A stretch of 64,000 nucleotides of DNA from an uncultured Bacilli bacterium (GTDB lineage Bacteria; Bacillota_I; Bacilli_A; RF39; UBA660). The notes below the pieces were generated by a model. That model saw only the letters and a list, made by a program, of their open reading frames with translations, had not been told where the DNA came from and did not search any database. The stretch covers positions 3,063 through 67,062 of the forward strand of contig CAKOND010000007.1 in the NCBI GenBank assembly GCA_934096945.1. Direction: 5' to 3'. The stretch's first letter is position 1. Each line of letters opens with the position of its first letter. The translations under genes and the position numbers were made by a program. Below, piece by piece: positions 59,038 to 64,000 of this stretch.

Positions 59038-59066
59038 ATTATAACAAAAGTGTGGCTATAAGTAAA
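59038..59066 (-). promoter_or_regulatory. Minus-strand promoter candidate for the small ORF
   Basis: On the minus strand: TTTACT, 17 nt, TATAAT, with an upstream TG (extended -10). Confidence 0.4.
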
Positions 59067-59123
59067 GAAAAATATTACTGATTTTAAAGAAAAAAACTTA
59101 AATAAAATGTTGTTTTTTTTATC

Positions 59124-59151
59124 TTGATATTGGGTTAACTTGTGATAGAAT
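59124..59151 (+). promoter_or_regulatory. Promoter of repeat unit B (the ATPase leader)
   Basis: TTGATA, 16 nt, TAGAAT, with TG one base upstream. Confidence 0.45.
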
Positions 59152-59158
59152 AAACTTG

Positions 59159-59272
59159 TATGAAAGATTATTTCATATAGAAAAGTACATTTGATTTTCA
59201 AACGTCAATGCTTACTTTTTATTTGTGATGATGTTTACTTGCACATTAATAATGACAAGTAAACATTTTTTT
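59159..59272 (+). promoter_or_regulatory. Repeat unit B: 5' leader with an intrinsic terminator upstream of the P-type ATPase
   Basis: Same hairpins as unit A. Terminator ATGTTTACTTG/CAAGTAAACAT plus T7 at 59231-59272, 50 nt before the ATPase start. Confidence 0.5.
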
Positions 59273-59322
59273 GTTCTACTTAGGATAGCTTGTACATATT
59301 ATTATTCTGGGAGGAACGGCAC

Positions 59323-61905
59323 ATGGGATTAAATGAAAAAGAAGTAATTGAATCTAGAAAAAGATATGGTACAAATGAAATAACAAAACAAAAGCAAAAT
59401 ACTTTTATGCATCTTTTATTAGAGTCACTCGGAGACCCAATTATTAAAATATTACTTATAGCATTAGCAATTAAAGTTGTAGTATTATTCCGTGACTTTG
59501 ATTGGTACGAAACAATAGGTATTTTGATAGCAATATTTTTAGCATCGTTTATCTCAAGTATAAGTGAATATGGTTCTGAAAAAGCATTTTCTAGGCTTCA
59601 AGAAGAACAGTTAAAAACAAAAGCGAAAGTTAGAAGAAGTGGAAAAATAATAGAAATACCATCCGGTGAAATTGTTGTTGGGGATATTGTCATGTTAAGT
59701 AGTGGTGATAAGATTCCTGCTGATGGTTATTTAGTAAAAGGCAATTTAAGTGTTGATGAGTCTGCGTTAAACGGAGAAACTAAAGAAGCCAAGAAGTTAA
59801 GTAAAAATGGTCCAGTCATATCCGACAATAATAGAGTATTTCGTGGTTCTGTAGTTTATAATGGCGAAGCAGAAATGCTAGTAAGATTTATTGGTGATAA
59901 TACAATTCTAGGCAAAATTTCTCAAGAACTTCAAGAAGTTGTGCCAGAAAGTCCTCTCAAAATAAAACTTAGAGGTTTAGCAAAAACAATTAGTAGAATA
60001 GGTTACGTTGGTGCCTTCTTAGCATCAATTTCTTATCTTTTTTCTAGTATAGTTCTTGAAAATAATTTTGATTTAGATTTAATTATGGCCACAATCACTA
60101 ATTTTCCAGTCATGTTTAATCATTTGCTTTATGCTTTAACTTTATCAGTAACTATCATTGTAGTAGCAGTTCCAGAAGGTCTTCCCATGATGATTACTTT
60201 AGTTCTATCAAGTAACATGAAAAAAATGCTCAAAGATAATGTTTTAGTTAGAAAACTAGTGGGTATTGAAACATCTGGAAGTTTAAATGTCCTTCTTACT
60301 GATAAAACTGGCACATTAACAAAAGGAGTATTAAAAGTAACAGAATTTGTAACACCAGATTTAAAGGTTTATAAATCTAATTTAGATTTAAAAAAAAGTG
60401 TTAATTATGAAGTTATTTATTCTTCATTTTTTTATAATAACGCTAGTATTATAAGTGACGATAATATTATTGGTGGTAATTCAACTGATAGAGCATTACT
60501 TAAATTTATTGGTAAAAGTAAAGAAATAAATAAAAAAATAATTAACAAAACGCCATTTGATAGTGCCATTAAATATAGTAGTGTAACATTAAGTGATGGA
60601 ACTATACTTGTAAAAGGTGCTAAAGAAGTACTACTTTCTAAATGTAAAACATATTTAAATAGTTTTGGTAAAGAAGTAAGTTTATTAAATAAAAAAATGA
60701 TTGAAAAGAAAATTGAAAGCTATACTAAATCTTCAGGAAGAGTTCTAATATTTGCTTATGGCAAAAACATGGATAATTTATGTTTGCTTGGTTTTGTTAA
60801 TATTAAAGATGAATTACGTGATGAAGCCAAAGAAGGAATTAGGCTTATTAAAAGTGCAGGTATAAAACCTATTATGATTACGGGGGATGCAGTAGATACA
60901 GCAGAATCTATTGCGCGTGAGGTTGGTCTTATTGATATAAAAAGTAATCTTGTCTTATCAAGTAGTGACTTAGAAAAATTAAGTGATGATGAGATAAAGA
61001 AAAAATTATCTAATATTGCTGTCATAGCTAGAGCTCTTCCTCAAGATAAAAGTCGTATGGTTAGTATTATAGAAAGTATGGATTTAGTAGTGGGTATGAC
61101 TGGTGATGGTGTAAATGATGCTCCAGCCTTAAAGAAAGCAAATGTTGGCTTTGCCATGGGAAGTGGAACAGAAGTAGCTAAAGAAGCAGCAGATATTGTT
61201 ATACTAGATAATAATATTTTATCAATTAGTAAAGCTATTTTATATGGAAGAACTATCTTTAAAAGTATTAGAAAGTTTATAATTTATCAATTAACAGTTA
61301 ATATGTGTGCACTCGTTTTATCAATAGTTGGTTCTTTTATTGGTGTATCAACTCCGATTACAATTGTGCAAATGTTATGGCTTAATATGATTATGGATAC
61401 ATTCGCAGGTGTTGCATTCTCATTCGAAGCACCACTTCTAGAATATATGGAAGAACCACCTAAGAAAAAAGATACCCCAATTATGAATAAATACATGTAT
61501 AGTGAAATAATATGGACAGGTATATACTCTGCACTTTTATGTATTTTATTTTTAAAACTTCCAATATTTAAAACTTTAATTAGAACTGGAGAAAACTCAA
61601 AATATTTAATGACAGCATATTTTGCAATGTTCATTTTCATGGGAATATTTAATGCCTTTAATGCTCGAACAGTTCGAATAAATACCTTTGCTAATTTATC
61701 TAAAAATAAAGTTTTTATTGGTATATTTGGTTTCATATTTATAGCTCAGCTTTGGATAATATATCATGGCGGAGATATATTTAGAACATATGGGCTTAAA
61801 TTAAATGAACTTATTTTAGTATTCTCACTAGCTTTAACAGTATTTCCAGTTGATTGGCTTCGTAAATATATTTTAAAGAAACGTGGTATTGCCATTAGAA
61901 TTTAA
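59323..61905 (+). CDS. P2-type cation-transporting ATPase (Ca2+-ATPase-like)
   Basis: DKTGTLT phosphorylation site, TGD, TGDGVNDAPALKKA, PEGLP in M4. GGGAGGA RBS before the ATG at 59323. Confidence 0.9.
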   Translation: MGLNEKEVIESRKRYGTNEITKQKQNTFMHLLLESLGDPIIKILLIALAIKVVVLFRDFDWYETIGILIAIFLASFISSISEYGSEKAFSRLQEEQLKTKAKVRRSGKIIEIPSGEIVVGDIVMLSSGDKIPADGYLVKGNLSVDESALNGETKEAKKLSKNGPVISDNNRVFRGSVVYNGEAEMLVRFIGDNTILGKISQELQEVVPESPLKIKLRGLAKTISRIGYVGAFLASISYLFSSIVLENNFDLDLIMATITNFPVMFNHLLYALTLSVTIIVVAVPEGLPMMITLVLSSNMKKMLKDNVLVRKLVGIETSGSLNVLLTDKTGTLTKGVLKVTEFVTPDLKVYKSNLDLKKSVNYEVIYSSFFYNNASIISDDNIIGGNSTDRALLKFIGKSKEINKKIINKTPFDSAIKYSSVTLSDGTILVKGAKEVLLSKCKTYLNSFGKEVSLLNKKMIEKKIESYTKSSGRVLIFAYGKNMDNLCLLGFVNIKDELRDEAKEGIRLIKSAGIKPIMITGDAVDTAESIAREVGLIDIKSNLVLSSSDLEKLSDDEIKKKLSNIAVIARALPQDKSRMVSIIESMDLVVGMTGDGVNDAPALKKANVGFAMGSGTEVAKEAADIVILDNNILSISKAILYGRTIFKSIRKFIIYQLTVNMCALVLSIVGSFIGVSTPITIVQMLWLNMIMDTFAGVAFSFEAPLLEYMEEPPKKKDTPIMNKYMYSEIIWTGIYSALLCILFLKLPIFKTLIRTGENSKYLMTAYFAMFIFMGIFNAFNARTVRINTFANLSKNKVFIGIFGFIFIAQLWIIYHGGDIFRTYGLKLNELILVFSLALTVFPVDWLRKYILKKRGIAIRI

Positions 61906-61954
61906 TTGCAAGTATTATTATAGTTTGATATAATAAGTGTAAGGAAGTGGTTAT

Positions 61955-62404
61955 ATGGCAAAATATTGTGAAAAATGTGGAAACAAATTAAATGAAGGTG
62001 CAAAATATTGTGATGGATGTGGAGCACAAATAGGGTTTAATGAAGAATATCCAAATCACCCAAGATTTGTTAAAAGAGATATGGCAATTGCTATAGTTTT
62101 ATCATTCTTAACTTGTGGTATTTATGGTATTTACTGGTTTATAACTATGACAGATGACTCAAACACTTTAGTTGATAACAAAAACGCAAGTGGAGCAACT
62201 GCATTTTTATATACATTAGTTACATGTGGTATTTACTTTATTTATTGGAATTATATGATGGGTAAAAAAATGTATGAAGCTGGAAGAAAGTATGGTAAAT
62301 CAATTGACGATAATAGTGTTTTATATTTATTATTATCAATATTTGGTTTAAGTTTAGTTAATTATTGCTTAATTCAAAATGATTTGAATAAATTTGCGGA
62401 CTAA
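61955..62404 (+). CDS. Zinc-ribbon plus DUF4234-type membrane protein
   Basis: N-terminal CxxC...CxxC (CEKCGNKL...CDGCGAQI). TM pair with the GIYGIYW / GIYFIYW repeats typical of DUF4234. Confidence 0.6.
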   Translation: MAKYCEKCGNKLNEGAKYCDGCGAQIGFNEEYPNHPRFVKRDMAIAIVLSFLTCGIYGIYWFITMTDDSNTLVDNKNASGATAFLYTLVTCGIYFIYWNYMMGKKMYEAGRKYGKSIDDNSVLYLLLSIFGLSLVNYCLIQNDLNKFAD

Positions 62405-62766
62405 TGAAAAAGGTAGTAGTATCAATTTTAATATTAATTTTATTTATTGGTTATTATTACATTTCTAAATATACGGGATTTACTATTTCGTGTATTTTTC
62501 ATGAATTGACAGGATTTTATTGTCCTGGATGTGGAATAACAAGAATGTTTTTTGCAACATTAAAGTTTGATTTTTATCAAGCTTTTAGGTATAATCCTTT
62601 AGTATTTATTTTATTAATATGTTTTATTATTTATAAAATAATTAATTTAAAATTTAAAATCAAACTACCAAAATATACATCATATGTTTTACTTGTAATT
62701 GTAATACTTTATGGTATATTAAGAAATATAGATACTTTTGGATTCCTAAAACCTACGACCTTATAA
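62404..62766 (+). CDS. DUF2752-family membrane protein
   Basis: CPGCGITRMF motif. Small polytopic protein. TAATG overlap with the preceding gene. Confidence 0.6.
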   Translation: MKKVVVSILILILFIGYYYISKYTGFTISCIFHELTGFYCPGCGITRMFFATLKFDFYQAFRYNPLVFILLICFIIYKIINLKFKIKLPKYTSYVLLVIVILYGILRNIDTFGFLKPTTL

Positions 62767-62830
62767 CGATAATACAATTTGTTAGTATGTCTTTGCTTAA
62801 TTAGTTTTATAAAATATGGAGGTAAACAAA

Positions 62831-64000
62831 ATGAAAAAGAAAAAAATATTAACTATAACTACTATAATTGTTATAGTATTACTAGGTATAACATTATTTA
62901 TATTTTTAGAAAAAAAGGATATTAAAGAAAAAGAATCTAGCAATATTCAAACTAAAGAAGAAAAAATAAACATTAAAGAAAATGTTGAAGTAGAAATTAA
63001 TAGTGAAGTTTTAAATATTAAAGATTTTTTTGAAAACAGTAATTTTTCCGATGGAGAAATAAATTATTTTGAAAATGATAAGAAAATTAAATTTGATACC
63101 AAATATAATAAAATAGGAAGTTTTAAAGTAGTAATAAAAATAAATGATAAAAATTATGAAACAGCTATAAATATAGTAGATACATTAGCACCAACATTAA
63201 AATTAAAAGAATTAACAATTACTTTAGGTGATAAATTTGAAATAAATTCTTTTGTAGAATCTTGCACTGATAATAGCAAAGAAGATTGCATTTTATCATA
63301 TAAAGAAAATAAAAAATATACAAATGCAGGAACTTATGATGTAACTATTATTGCTAAAGATAAGAGTGACAATGTAGCAGAAGAAACAACAAAACTAATT
63401 ATCAAAAATAAAAAAAATACAAATGAAACTCAAACAAAGAATGACAATAAAACAAATAATAATAGTAATAAAGTGAAGTTTGTCAAAGAAGAAACTGAAT
63501 CAGTAAAAGAAACAAAAGAATTAAAATATGGTACAATATTAAATTCATGGCACGTTAAAACATACAAGTTGTATAGCGATGGATCTAAAAAGACAGTTAA
63601 TGAATATACACATTATGAAGTTGATGGTACTAATTTTAATGCCAAAACAAGTGATATGCTACCAGAAGCAATAGAAAATATGAATGCTTACAAAGATATT
63701 GTAAATGATGTAGTAAAATATACTAACGAATTTAGAACTGAAGTTGGTAAAGAGCCATTAACACTTGATGAAACTTTAACAAAAGCTGCCATGGTAAGAG
63801 CCATTGAAATGGCTTACTCAGATAAATTTAATCACGAAAGACCTGATGGAAACATGTGCTATTATATAATGCGTGATTTTGGACAAGATATTTATGGCGT
63901 TGGTGAGAATATAGCAAGTAGACAACGTGATGCCAAAGAAGTTTCATATGCGTGGAAAGGTTCTCAAGGTCATTACGAAAACATGATCAGTACATCATTT
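62831..64000 (+). CDS. Signal-anchored protein with Ig-like tandem domains and a C-terminal CAP/SCP (YkwD-like) domain; 3' end outside the window
   Basis: Not in the ORF track. My manual translation from the ATG at 62831 (GGAGG RBS) stays open for 390 codons to nt 64000. TM segment (ILTITTIIVIVLLGITLFIFL). CAP-like strings (AAMVRAIEMAYSDKFNHERPDG, GENIA, SQGHYENM). Confidence 0.7.
   Translation, partial: MKKKKILTITTIIVIVLLGITLFIFLEKKDIKEKESSNIQTKEEKINIKENVEVEINSEVLNIKDFFENSNFSDGEINYFENDKKIKFDTKYNKIGSFKVVIKINDKNYETAINIVDTLAPTLKLKELTITLGDKFEINSFVESCTDNSKEDCILSYKENKKYTNAGTYDVTIIAKDKSDNVAEETTKLIIKNKKNTNETQTKNDNKTNNNSNKVKFVKEETESVKETKELKYGTILNSWHVKTYKLYSDGSKKTVNEYTHYEVDGTNFNAKTSDMLPEAIENMNAYKDIVNDVVKYTNEFRTEVGKEPLTLDETLTKAAMVRAIEMAYSDKFNHERPDGNMCYYIMRDFGQDIYGVGENIASRQRDAKEVSYAWKGSQGHYENMISTSF

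Noticed and set aside
58775-59180. Six-codon mini-ORFs at the start of both repeat units (MKEKFI* at 58775-58795; MKDYFI* at 59160-59180), each 8 nt after the -10 box (possible leaderless leader peptides)
   Set aside because: The conserved ATG and TTCATA are the two arms of a hairpin (TATGAA/TTCATA) and the differences fall in its loop. RNA structure alone explains the conservation, and there is no SD. It is kept only as a remote alternative for the attenuator mechanism.
58508-59201. Minus-strand ORFs 58508..58810 and 58995..59201
   Set aside because: The first is antisense to the holin-like gene. The second spans promoters and repeats of the intergenic region without an RBS. Neither frame coincides with the SD-preceded 36-aa ORF.
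1-64000. CRISPR arrays, tRNA and rRNA genes, prophage or ICE blocks
   Set aside because: Scanning the intergenic regions by eye found no regularly spaced direct repeats, no tRNA-like GC-rich cloverleaf candidates and no integrase, terminase or conjugation gene sets.

Overview
A 64 kb, very AT-rich chromosomal segment from a low-GC, spore-forming Bacillota genome. spoIVA, murD, a D-Ala-D-Ala carboxypeptidase and lgt are present. Standard code 11 applies: TGG encodes Trp, and TAA, TAG and TGA all act as stops. Taxonomy beyond that cannot be set from the sequence alone. Most of the window is housekeeping and mostly on the + strand: CBS-domain pyrophosphatase (5' partial), uvrA, lgt, trxB, a mazEF-gltX-cysS-dac-uppS block, ssb paralogue, RNase J, ackA, nrnA, recX, the rimP-nusA-ylxR-infB-rbfA-truB operon, a SWIM/SNF2 helicase, spoIVA, murD, lysS, a ClpC-like AAA+ protein and a P2-type cation ATPase. 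Between these lie many N/K-rich hypothetical membrane or secreted proteins and a notable number of gene remnants: DUF4143 ATPase tail, two XRE HTH pseudogenes, an Rpn nuclease tail, an AAA ATPase head, a 5'-truncated tnpB, and a 91-nt inverted copy of an lgt fragment. No tRNA, rRNA or CRISPR array was recognised. Four things seem most worth follow-up. (1) At 58.7-59.3 kb, a triplicated sequence motif organises a compact convergent-transcript module: a 36-aa ORF with a strong SD, a cis-antisense short RNA, and complementary 5' and 3' ends of the mRNA. This resembles a type I toxin-antitoxin locus. A second copy of the same unit forms the terminator-containing leader of the P-type ATPase. (2) A class B sortase carries an unusual ~300-aa N-terminal cytoplasmic extension and sits divergent from a small NPSTG-anchored surface protein. 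(3) A 5'-truncated TnpB keeps an intact RuvC triad and has a multi-hairpin omega-RNA-like 3' region. (4) The RNase J has a degenerate metal-binding motif. All functional calls come from motif recognition by eye. No database search was run.
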